32,000 nt of DNA, from the NCBI GenBank assembly GCA_000002455.1, contig DQ158858.1:1-32000 (forward strand), written 5' to 3'. Positions 12,906 through 23,914 of this stretch are shown here, piece after piece. The notes below the pieces were generated by a model, which was not told the origin of the DNA, made no database searches, and saw only the letters and a program-made list of their open reading frames with translations. The position numbers and the translations under genes are program-made. Source of the stretch: Bigelowiella natans nucleomorph. Its lineage: Eukaryota; Protista; Cercozoa. Position 1 is the first letter of the stretch. Each line of letters starts with the position of its first letter.

Positions 12906-13642
12906 ATGATACACAAACCTGTAATTTATTTCAAGAGTAAAATTTGTTTAAACATTCACGACGGAATGAATTATTATATGTACAATTTAAAAAATTCTAT
13001 GATAAATCATGTAAAATATACATATCAAATTAATAATGAAATAGCACAAAAAATGGTAAAACACAATGAATAGTCTAAGACTAAAAGTATTTTTATTTAT
13101 GGATATCTAAATGATTCTTTATCAATCCAAATTATATCAAATTTGTTATTCTTTAACGGTAAAAACGAGCAAGGAATTAGTTTAATTCTAAATTCTAATG
13201 GATCTAATGTATAAATGTAAAAACTAGATAACAGATTCTATTAATATAAATGAGTGTATGAATTATATTTACCCTGAAGTTTATACAGTTGGAATTGGAA
13301 ATATAATGGATTCAATTATATTGATATTAGCGAATGGAAAGAAAGTATGTATATAAAATAAAGGATAGTAGAGCAATCTTTCCTAATGCAAAGATATCAA
13401 TTTCCAAAAAACTTTTGAGAAGTTATGGCAAGTACAATACTATACAAGAAAAATGCGTTTTTTTAGTTCATGCTTCTTTTTTATTCAGTAGAATTCTAAA
13501 CCATATAGCTCTAGAAACTCATTATTCTGCAGTCAATGACCGCAAAAAAAATGACCTATTTATAGATAAAAATCGTTTTTTTTCAATATCAAACAAAGAG
13601 GCATTGAGTTACGGCATAATAGACAAAGTATTAAATTTATGA
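12906..13642 (+). CDS. clpP: ClpP-family subunit, probably non-catalytic (ClpR-like) and plastid-targeted; at least 3 introns
   Basis: Spliced: IFIYGYLNDSLSIQIISNLLF...LILNSNG...PEVYTVGIG...RAIFPNAKI...EALSYGIIDKVL, with an N-terminal extension of about 50 aa. Confidence 0.85.
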
Positions 13643-13757
13643 TTTTTAACTATTTGAATATTTCTGTTTTATAATATTTTCAATCTATGATTAATTTTTG
13701 TATTATGACTTAATATTTTAGTGAAAAAGTAAATCTTTTTTGAAGTCCCTAATTAAA

Positions 13758-14258
13758 ATGCGGCAACTTTCTATTCAATATCAATGCAACGATATTATCA
13801 AAATACTAAGTAAAGACCCTGATGGAAAGCTTTATGAGAAAGGTTTTTTTATGATCAAAAGTTTCTAGAATTATTGCACAAAGTTATTATTTAAACATGG
13901 AACTGTGGTTTGATATAAACTCTCATCTGTTTCCGATTTACGTTCTCGAATATTATTTAGGTTGGTGATTCATTAAACTTATCTATTTATACTATCAGCG
14001 ATGAATCATTCAATAGTACTATTAAAGTATTAAAATTTCTATAAGGATAATCAATTTAGTTACCTTGTTGATAAATATGAATATTTTATGATAGGCAAAG
14101 TCTTTAACATTATTACTTCTATAGAAAGAGAAACTTCTTTTAATTTAATTTATGCCTCTTTTGGTGGACTACTCTTAAAACTCAAAGTCAAAAAGAAATA
14201 CTTAAAATCTTTTCTACCAAATAGTCATTTATGTTTAGGATTAAATCGATTAAATTAA
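13758..14258 (+). CDS. rpb8: RNA polymerase I/II/III common subunit RPB8, 147 aa, three 19-nt introns
   Basis: Spliced: DPDGKLYEKVSRI...FDINSHLFPI...YEYFMIGKVF...YASFGGLLLKL. Not in the ORF track. Confidence 0.93.
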
Positions 14259-14323
14259 TCAATTATTAGTTTTTGTTCTAAAAATTGTTACTTATTAGAT
14301 AATAAATTATCAAAAAAATATTA

Positions 14324-15807
14324 TTAAATAAGTAGACTATCAAATAAGTCAACAAAATCATATTTTTTTATTTTTCGTTTGTAAAAAGCATAATACATTT
14401 TGAATAAGTTTTTAAAAGCGGAAGATTTGTTACAATTTGGTAGTTTGATAGATTTCAACATGAAGTTATAAAAACTAGAAAAGTAGGATATTATTTTCTT
14501 TTTTATTTTTAATTTCTTAGATAACATTTTATTTTTTTTAAATAAATCGTAAAACTCTTTGACATTCTCGTTTCTTATAAAAGATATGCAAATGCCATAA
14601 TTGTTTAAGCTAATTTTATCAATTGTAACCGTGAAAGTCTTCCAATTTGTTTTAAAAAACAAAATTTTGAAAAAAGATTAAAATGAACCAATAACCATTT
14701 TGCGTGCCATAGATCTATACCATGATAAGAAGTATCATCTAAAATTAAAATTGAATTATGTGAGGCAATAAAAGAATTAATATTGTATATTTTATTCTTA
14801 AAATTCATTTTCTTTGTCAATCGAAAGAGCGGCTTATCCAGGAGTAGCCTAGTGAAGCATTGTTCTAGTACAAATGCCTAAAAATACAAATTTACTTGAT
14901 ATGAAAATTGCATAATGACTATAATATTCCCTTCAATAATATTCAAAACTAATACAACGATAAACCATACCAGCTCTGAAGGACTGTAAGTGACATAATA
15001 TTTACAGATATTCACCGATACTATATTTTCGGTTTTTAAACTGATTGCGATTAAATTAGAATAAATTTGAGAAATTCTTAATATCTTAGTCTTGATTGGT
15101 TTGAGTAAAGTTGAGCAAGTAAATATATTTTGCTTACAGTTATGAAATTTGTCATAAAAACCCTCGATTTTATGATTAGAATTATGATCTAAAAAAATAT
15201 CAAATTCGTCATAGACTAACATCTTTATTTTAATACAAAACTTTGATGTATATGTTTTCAGGAATTTTAATACTTTTATATTTATTTGATAAAGAAAAAA
15301 CAACATATTTTGATAAATTTTTTTTTTCTAGATCTTCATTTATCAAAAGAATGCTACGTTTAAAAATGTTAGAACCACTTACAAGTGTTTTGTAAACGAG
15401 CATAGATTGTAAGCATAGTTCAAAAGTAGGAGAGAATATTAGGGTTAACGAGTTATAAATCGATATTAAAAAATCTTTTGATATAGATTCTAATATCTAA
15501 AACAAAGATTTCATACCGGTATCATGATTAATAATGTTTTACCAGTACCAGGCTTGGAGTTTATCAAAATACTACTTCCAGCTAAAAGATAAGGCAGACT
15601 TAGTCTTTGAATACTAGTCATTCGAACAAAATTGTTTTGATTTAAAATTAATTTTGTTGATTTAGTCAAGGGCATTTGTTCAAAATTATTTATAATATTA
15701 AGATAAATTTTTGTTGATATTAGTTCTTGCGAAAAAACTAGCATATATCTTATCTGTTTTTTTATCGTTAGATATTTTTTTATTTTTGAAAACAGATGGA
15801 CACTCAT
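14324..15807 (-). CDS. Divergent DEAD-box RNA helicase (tentatively Dbp4/Has1-like); start approximate
   Basis: Q motif FVRMTSIQ, motif I KPGTGKT, Ia SPTFELCLQ, II DEFD, III CST, V GIDL, VI QIGRLSR, joined across short introns. Confidence 0.85.
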
Positions 15808-15912
15808 ATCAATGTATTTTTCTACTGTAAAAAAACTTTTACTGATAAATATTAGTTTCTAAAGCAAACATTTTACAAATTAATTGCAATAGAGTAATAG
15901 CTAAAGATAAAA

Positions 15913-18798
15913 TTAAATAATATCATTTAATAATTTAATTGTAGAAAATTTTTTTATATATTTATGAAAGGAAGGGTATAGTGGTGTTATCATATGTTGA
16001 GAGCCTAAGTAGATTAAGTTGTATATTCGCCAATATATGTCTCGCACTTTTTTACTGGTGTGAAAAATACCTGCAAAAACGTAAAACATCATTATTTCAG
16101 GCCCTATTGTTAATCTCAGTGCGTCGATGGCATTCCATACAGCTTTGTTTATTTGATGAGTAGTTTCAAAAATATTGGGCCATAAATAATTAAAGAAGTG
16201 TAACAATATTCTCTTGTAATCTAGTCCTACTAAGCCAATTGAAATATGCTAATTTTTTAAATAAATACTTGTATTATATTGCAGCATATTTGTCGATGAA
16301 CCAAATCAGAGTGTATTAAAGCCTTTTCTAGTAACGGAGTCATTCCTAAAACGTATTCCTCCCCAAGTTCTCCGATATATTCAAATATAAAAGCGATTGC
16401 CTTGAGAACACCGTTCTGAGTATTAGAATCACAGTCCTGGTATTCATTCATTAGAAACGGAAAAACTGTAAAAGGAGAACAATTTTCAGCAATAACAGCC
16501 ATTGCTATTGTTGTACATATTCTTACATGTCTATCCTGTACTTTCAAATTTTTAATTAGAGATACCATAAGATCCTATCTTAACTATTTAAACCTGAGGG
16601 CCTATTATTGACGAAATTAGACCAAAAGTATTAATGGCTGATCTTCTTACGCTTTTTTTATTTACTCTGAATACTTCTAGGATATCAAAACAAATGCGCA
16701 TCCATTCTCTAGGGAATATATAAAGTCCTGATCTTTGTGCTATAATATTGATAAGCTCAATGGAATTTTGCTTGTTAATAAGATTTTTACTTTTACAGCA
16801 TTATTTCCTTGTTTTAGTACAGGAATTAACTTAAAAATGAGATCTCTTGGGGATGGGTTAACTAAATTTAAATTAGTTGATTTATATATTTTCGATAAAC
16901 CCTTAAGAATGGAGGCTAAGACTTCATGATTTTCGTCATTAATTGATTCATATAGAATTATCAAAATTTTATCAGTGAAATTTTTATATTGTTGGGTTTG
17001 AAAAAGATTTGAAGTAATAGAAATCAAATCAGAAGCTTGTTTTCTTATTACAGGATCAATGTTATCTAATTTCTCTTTCAAGGTTACTAGAATCTAAATT
17101 CAAAAATCAAACTTGTTCAAAGAATCCTTGAGACTCTTTATCATATCTAACCATAAACATTCCAAAGAAATCTATGAAATGATTATTATCATCAATAAAA
17201 TTGTTGGTAAAAAGGAATAAAGAATGTTTTAGTATTAGCTTAATTGTATTGGAAGGAAGGTTAACTGTATTTTCGCTTTTAGTAAGAATTTCAGACATAA
17301 CCCCTATAGCAAAACTTTTAATCTTTTTATTTTGTGACTTGTAGTAATTCAATAAATCTTGAATAACTATCGTTGAATTTATCTAAATCTAAAAGCACTA
17401 CCTTTTTGGTTAAGTACAATATTGTTTTTTTAATAATTAAAGCCATCTTTCTATCACTCAAAATTCTTGTGTTGATAAAGCTTAAAAAAAATCTTGAGTA
17501 AATATCATCTCTGAAGCTTTTTTGGTTTATATTTGAATTTTCACAAAAATTTATTATTATTCTCAAAATTATTTTTTTAATTTCGATATTTGGGTTTAAT
17601 ATTTCTCTTTTTAATATTTTCATTATTTCACTTGAATAATAAAAACTAGATTGCAGATCAAGAACCTGGAATATATTGATCAAAGCTTTTAAGCATGCCG
17701 CTAGTACCTTACCTTGAGCTAGGATAATACTTTTCCATAGAATTTCAACTAATGGTTTAAAACACCTGACTCCGTAAGGATATGTAACTTCTGCTAAAGT
17801 AGATATGGTAAGAGCGGTGAGAGTTTTTACTCTGATATTTTCATCTAATAAACCATGTTTTATAATTTCTACAAACTTGTTTAAATATGGCAAAACTCCA
17901 AGTCTCATTAGATTGGCTATATGTTGAACGATTTTAATTCCAGTATGTCTAGCCTGCCATGATTTTTTGCTTTTGCAAACGGCCTCGATAAAAGGTATTA
18001 TATTATTCACACCTAAGGAAACTGCAACCACGCTTAAAGATCGAGCACAAGAAATTCTAACAAACTCGTCTGTGTTATCAATATCAGGCCTCAAAGCAGA
18101 TAACATTGATGCAAGCCCAACCGCCTTTGATAGACTTGCTATGATTTCTCTGGCTTCTATCCGGGCAAAATAGTCATCTTCTAATAATAAAGGCTCTATT
18201 ATTATTAAAATTTTAGATACATATGGCCTCATCAGTGTTTTTAATTTTAATAATATTCTATCAATAACCTTGTACTATAACTATTACTTTGACTAAAAGA
18301 TGTCTTTCATGATCATCTAAATTAGGGAGTAACATGAGAGGAAAAACGTGATGGAATATTACACTGGGACCAAACTCTAGAGCTTTTGCACTTATTTGCT
18401 TAAATGCAGTTTTTCTCTGTAACGGCAATCCGTTTTTGATCTTCAAAAGTAGCTTTAATAGTTTTTGTTCTTTTATTTCAAGAAACTTTGGCTTACTTTT
18501 TTGCTGTTGTTTTTAAATTTACTTCAAAATATTCCTTATTTTGGTATGGGCTTTTGTTTTTTGAGTTGGATATGCTTTGAACAATCAAATTTTCTTTAGA
18601 CTCCTGGCGACTTTTTTTTAACAATCTAATTATCCTAAATCCATCAGATTCTCCAGGTAAGTATTTATCCAATAAAGTACTGTTAATAACACTTTACTTT
18701 ACTGATATTTCGTTTTCTTGTGTATAGTCCCATTCATTGAGTTTATTAATATCATTTATTAAAGATGTTTTTTTGGATAATCCAGAGCTTTCGCACAT
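15913..18798 (-). CDS. sf3b1: U2 snRNP SF3B1 (SAP155/Hsh155), HEAT repeats, many short introns
   Basis: KIKNGLPLQRK; RPYVSKILIIIEPLL; KSKKSWQARHTGIKIVQ; NLKVQDRHVRICTT; LWPNIFETT; IYWRIYN. Confidence 0.96.
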
Positions 18799-19017
18799 GT
18801 TATTTTATCAATTATTATTACTATCTGTTTTCTTTACCATTAAACCTGAACAATAGTTTCGTTAAAAAATGTTGGGGTCTAAAATTGCATTTGGATAAAA
18901 TTTTTCATTTTCGTGGTATAGGAATAGTATAGAAATTATGTGTTAATAATAATCTTCACCGTGAGGTTGATATCACAATTCAAGAGAGTAGATTCATAAA
19001 GTAGTAATTTATTAAAA

Positions 19018-19088
19018 AAGCAGCACCGAGATTTGAACTCGGGATTTCGGATTCAGAGTCCAACGTGATACCACTACACCATGCTGCC
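19018..19088 (-). tRNA. trnQ: tRNA-Gln(CTG)
   Basis: GGCAGCA...GGA-CTCTGAA-TCC...CCGAGTTCAAATCTCGG-TGCTGCT folds as a cloverleaf. Confidence 0.95.
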
Positions 19089-19090
19089 GA

Positions 19091-19164
19091 TAGCCCTTAT
19101 TGGAATCGAACCAATGACCCTCGCGTTATTAGCACGATGCTCTAACCAACTGAGCTAAAAGGCC
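19091..19164 (-). tRNA. trnI: tRNA-Ile(AAT)
   Basis: GGCCTTTTAGCTCAGTTGGTTAGAGCATCGTGCTAATAACGCGAGGGTCATTGGTTCGATTCCAATAAGGGCTA. Confidence 0.96.
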
Positions 19165-19185
19165 AATGGGTTAACTTAAATTAAA

Positions 19186-19257
19186 TGAAACAGGTAAGAT
19201 TTGAACTCACAACTTTCTGATCTGGAGTCAGACGCTCTACCGTTGAGCTACTGTTCC
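19186..19257 (-). tRNA. trnW: tRNA-Trp(CCA)
   Basis: GGAACAGTAGCTCAACGGTAGAGCGTCTGACTCCAGATCAGAAAGTTGTGAGTTCAAATCTTACCTGTTTCA. Confidence 0.96.
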
Positions 19258-19278
19258 AATAAATTTTATTGTGATGTG

Positions 19279-20057
19279 CTACAATTCGTTATCAAACCAT
19301 TTGGAATGTGTTGGAGTAAAAAAAAGAAACTCTAAAAAATCAAAAATCTTTAAGACTATTTTTTTTATACGATACCTGTAAAAATATCTTTTTTATTAAT
19401 AGGTTTTTCTGTCGAATTGATTAAAATGTAATAAATGATTTTTTTGACTTGATTTGTTTCTAGTAAAACTACATTATGAAGTTTGCTCGCTTCATTCTCG
19501 AAAACTAGATTTTTGGGTTTAATTTTTAAAGTATATAATTGCAAAGCATTCTAATAATTTAGTAATCAACGTGCAATAATATGGTCAAAAGCTTATGAAA
19601 ATTCATAAATTCGGAGACGAAAAAAATATTTATAACAAAAATTTTTATTTTTAGACTGGTTAAATGATCAGATAGAATCTTATAAATATGTAAAGAATTC
19701 AATAATTCACTTTGTATTGGAAGATTGAAGACTACAATATCGTAATTTTCAAATCTATCAAAAATCATTTTTAAAAATATAGGAAAATTACTTTTTATTA
19801 GATTCAAAATAGTACTCGCATAACTAATGAATGTGATAATACCTACTGTTGTGATTAAATAAAGTTTTATCAATTTCTTCTTGATTGATTATGTCTTTAA
19901 TGTTTAACAGAAATAAATTTTCTTTTTCGATTGATTTTTCAATTAAATTTAAAATACCTATCTTTGATTTATCAATGTTCAAAATACTTGCAATAGAGTT
20001 TACATTCAAGTGAAAATTTTTGCTTTCTCTAGTAAAAAAAAAGTAAAAGTATTTCAT
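19279..20057 (-). CDS. Highly degenerate GPN-loop GTPase-like protein (GPN2/GPN3-like), about 239 aa, 3 introns
   Basis: Spliced frame is open. IGILNL resembles VVNLDP, LNIKDII resembles DIRDLI, YDIVVFNLPIQSEL resembles YLIFDCPGQIEL, and LKIKPKNLV resembles LELPHVNVL, all in the expected order. Confidence 0.6.
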
Positions 20058-20104
20058 ATATTATGTATTTTAGAAGTTTAAAATAAACTCAAAAACTATC
20101 AATT

Positions 20105-20631
20105 ATGCTAACAGTGACAAGTTATCCGGCATCTAAATGGGTTACTTACTATGTTATGGAAGAATTTATTCAGAAATCACAAACAGAAAAAGAAATAAAG
20201 TGAAAGTTGTAATAATTAGATTATTTGTCTTTATATATAAAAAATGGATCAAAAATTTAACTTTAAGTTCTCATACTCTATTTCAAATGGATCAAATTTT
20301 CTATAATTGTAATATTTTCATGTTTTACATGCTATTTTTAGGAAATATAAATATAATGCACTTTCTAATAAATCATATTCCTCAGATTGGGTTAAAATAA
20401 AACGTTTAGAATGAAGAGGATGACTCAAAGACCGAAACGCATCGAACGTATCAAAAAAATTACATAAAACATCTTAAAGAAAGATTACGCTATGGTGTTT
20501 ACTTGGTGGCAAAATTTGAAAAGAAGAGAAAAAGAAAAAATAGATGGTATTTTGATCTTCTACATGGAATTTTTACTGTGCATAAGCAAGAGTTTCTTTT
20601 TAATACAGCTAAAGCTCGATTTGATTTTTAG
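20105..20631 (+). CDS. TFIIA large subunit (alpha/beta, TOA1), 155 aa, 3 introns
   Basis: C-terminus LVAKFEKKRKRKNRWYFDLLHGIFTVHKQEFLFNTAKARFDF matches the TFIIA-L beta-barrel. N-terminal helices YYVMEEFI...YKKWIKNL and a short acidic linker are present. Confidence 0.88.
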
Positions 20632-20641
20632 TGAGATCAAA

Positions 20642-20889
20642 TTAAATATTTAGTCTTAATAATTTTTTAACGTAATTTTTAGACTTTCGTAACTTATTAA
20701 ACTCTTTAATTTTTATATACTTTTTTTCTTAAAGTTCTTTTTATCTTTTTATCTTTTTGTAATTGACTATAAACAAATAATTTTTTATCTTTTTCGCTTT
20801 TTTCAATTAGATTGTGTTTTAAAATATCAATCAGATAATTTTTATACGATTTTATCTTATATTCAAAATATAACTTTTACTACTCTCAT
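20642..20889 (-). CDS. Small basic protein (69 aa, two 19-nt introns), weak resemblance to ribosomal eL36
   Basis: Spliced: MRVVKIKSYKNYLIDILKHNLIEKSEKDKKLFVYSQLQKDKKIKRTLRKKFNKLRKSKNYVKKLLRLNI. It fills the whole intergenic gap. Confidence 0.5.
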
Positions 20890-20960
20890 TACTATTTTAT
20901 CAGCAAAGGAGGACTATTAAATAAAAGTTATTTATTCTAGTTTTAAGGTTTTATTTATTA

Positions 20961-22105
20961 ATGCAACATACAAAGTGGAACTTTTACAAAAAAGACTCGG
21001 TTCAAGTATTACATTTATTATTAGAATCAACGGCTGTTGGAGAAGGATTTTATAGAAAAATATAATAATATTTTTATGAGTAATATAAACGCCAACCATG
21101 TAGATATGGAATTAGATGATAAATATTCTTTTTCTAATCTAGAAAATGATTCAATCGAACCAGCTTTATTTGAATCTCATTGGCAGAGAATGAAAAAAGC
21201 TTATGAGCTCAAACGAAAAAGAGTACCTTCTACAAGTGGTTCAGAATATCTCAAAAATAGTATTGAAAAATGTTCAAGAAAAATTTTATATTTCACCCCG
21301 GAAGCTCTGGAAAGTAGTCTTTTAATAAATATAATAAAAAAGAAAGCTCCAGAATTTAGTAAAATTGCAGAACCTTTAGATGTTAAAATCAATTGTTTTG
21401 TCTCTGATTCAAATAGTATAACTAATGGAAAAAATTCTACTAATCTACTAAAAATTACTATTGCCGGTGAGTCCAATATTAACGTAAGAAATTAATTAAT
21501 AGATAGTTAAAGCATCTAACTTAATAAAAAAACTGTTAGAACTAAAACAAAAAACGATTAAAATTAGAAACCCGAATAAAAGAAATCTGGATTTACTAAA
21601 AAGAAAATTCAATAGTAGACAATGTTATATTTGTGGTAGTAAAGACCATGATTTTGCATCTTGTTTTAAAGGTTCTAAAAAATTGAATATTGCTAGTGTA
21701 AACCAAAAAACTGGACTTGAAATGAAAGATAAAAAATCAATGTTTTTGTTAAAAAATTCTAATATGAAATCGAATTATTTGTCATTCCTTGAGAATATTT
21801 ATAATATAAATTATAGAGAATATATATCAGCAAGCAATACAAAAGTAAGAAATTCTAGAAAATATAATGCTTTAATTGCCTTTAATCTCAATCAAAACAT
21901 AGACAAAACTTGTATTTTTAATACCTTTATCCCTTTTGGATCTTTAAAATTAGTCAAGAAACTCACCAGAGATATTTTACATGTCAAGTCACGGTATTTC
22001 TTAGTTTGCTTTTTTTCAAAATCTGCAATGATAAATTCATTTTTAAGTATCAATGGTAGGTTTTTTCGTGGTAAACTAATATCTTTATTTGTAATGCAAA
22101 ATTAA
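20961..22105 (+). CDS. sf1: Splicing factor 1 / branchpoint-binding protein, plant-type (KH-QUA2 + CCHC knuckle + RRM), 368 aa, 2 introns
   Basis: KH-like RKILYF...LKITIAGES...ASNLIKKLL; zinc knuckle CYICGSKDHDFASC; YLSFLENI; C-terminal RRM FIPFG...INGRFFRGKLISL. Confidence 0.82.
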
Positions 22106-22168
22106 TACTAGCTATATTTTTTAATTATTAAAAAAGTTATTGAATTTAAATAAAATAAGAATACATCA

Positions 22169-23304
22169 TTAATAGTACCTTCTTTCGATTTGTGAAATTA
22201 ATTTATTCCTTTTTACATACTTCATTCCAGAGAGTATTTCAAAGCAAATGTCCAATAGAAAAACGAAAGACAGATTAGCAAATATAGATAGTGTTTTTCT
22301 TCTTATATTTTTTTTAAACAACGGAAAGAGCTGATCACTTTTCTTATATTTTTGCACTAGATTTTTTTCTGTTAATAATTCCCTTTATTTTAAGATTATA
22401 CTGTAACACATCTAAAAGTACTATATAGTTATTTTCATAGATATCGTCTCTCCAATAATATTTCAAAGAAATAGAATCATCAATTAGATTCGAAAAAACG
22501 TTTTTTATTAATTTTAAATTTTTGTTAAATAGAAGCAATGATACTTATTATCATTTTTTATACATGTATTATCTCTAACCATTAAATAAGTATTGATAAA
22601 ATTGAGTGATTCCTTTAGATATGAATCAATGTGTTTAATTACTGAAGATTGATTTCGACGATCTGAAAGGAAATTTTTATCATGAAATAAGAGCACGGTA
22701 TTGATGTTTAAATACTTTATAAAATTGTAAACGGATTTGATAGCCTACTTAGAAATTTAGTACGGGTTTGTCCGTTTTTCCTAGATTTATGAGATTTGGT
22801 GTAAATATCAGTACGATATTGAAATCGTACCATTTATTTATTACATAATCAACTAAGAATCCTCGGAAGTTTCGAGTATTATTAGAACTAAAAAAATTGA
22901 TTAATTGATGATAATAATGAGTTGAGCTGGAACAACTTTCATCTATAAAAATTTCAATATACTTAACAATAAAATATTGATATTATTAGAGCAGTTTTTT
23001 CTCTGGAAGAGAGATTTGGCAAGTAAAAGTTTTTCCTTAGAAGTTTTCTATTGTTAAAACTAAAACATTTAGGCTATTTTTTAAAGAAATTTTAGTTTTG
23101 AATAGTAATTTATCAATTTCATTTATTTTTACTGAAAGGTTTTTTTTAAAAATTACTATCTCTCCAATCTAATTCAAAAAAAGCAACTTTTATTAAATTT
23201 ATTTTATTTGAATTATATTTTTTTGGTTCGGCTACTATATTACATGTGAACAAAATTAATGCATATAATAAGCTAAAAGTTAATAACTTATTTTTATTGA
23301 CCAT
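22169..23304 (-). CDS. Hypothetical protein (about 340 aa, about 6 introns) with a hydrophobic signal-peptide-like N-terminus
   Basis: Frame stays open after removing 19-20 nt GT-AG introns (5' four resolved) and runs into ORF 22514-22696; linkage to ORFs 22344-22538 and 22169-22357 is inferred. Starts MVNKNKLLTFSLLYALILFTCNIVAEPKK. Confidence 0.6.
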
Positions 23305-23348
23305 TAAGTTTAATAATTAGTAATAATTAGTTTATTATTTACGAAACA

Positions 23349-23854
23349 TCATAATTTATAAATAGAGGGAATAAAATGTAGTTTATACAGCAAGATTAGT
23401 AGATATTTTAGTTCCTATCTAATAGTAATTTACGATATAGAGTTTTGAAAATTTTTGAAGACCATATGGATCTCTACTATAGAAAGACTTATAAAAAGGA
23501 ATAAGATTTGAAGACTTGAATGAAAAATGTCTATTTCTATATAGTATCTCTAGTTCTTGAAAACCAGTTTTATCGTTTCTTATCCAAGATTTGTCTGTTT
23601 CCCTCAGAATCTTATTTAATTTTTTTTTACTTCATGATATATTATTATATGGCTGATGATATTCATCAATAAAGAACAAGTTTTTATTTTCTTAAGATTC
23701 AAATTTGAAGACTTTCCAGATGAGTAATTAAAATAGTTTATCTAAGTTGTTATACATTTACTTCTCCCTCTGAATTAAGCTCTATTTCTTCTATTTCTTT
23801 TGAGACTGATCCTAAGAAAAGGCTGCTAATTCGTAAATAATTTAAGCTTTCCAT
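23349..23854 (-). CDS. mago: Mago nashi (EJC core), 148 aa, introns 23742-23761, 23611-23630, 23415-23433
   Basis: Spliced: YLRISSLFLGSVSKEIEEIELNSEGEINYFNYS...EILRETDKSWIRNDKTGFQELEILYRNRHFSFKSS...SRDPYGLQKFSKLYIELKYLLILLYKLHF. Collinear with Mago EILKEDD.NWP.PDRVG.QELEI...HISF.TSK...S.DPEGLR.FYYLVQDLK...LHF. Confidence 0.9.
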
Positions 23855-23914
23855 AAGCTAGTTTTAGTAGTAGTTTAAGATACCAATAATAAGAATTGTT
23901 ATAAACTTAAATTA

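Noticed and set aside
18653-18664. ATACTTACCTGG (the U1 snRNA 5' end) on the minus strand
   Set aside because: It lies within the sf3b1 reading frame (K-Y-L-P-G), and no U1 loop I/II motifs follow.
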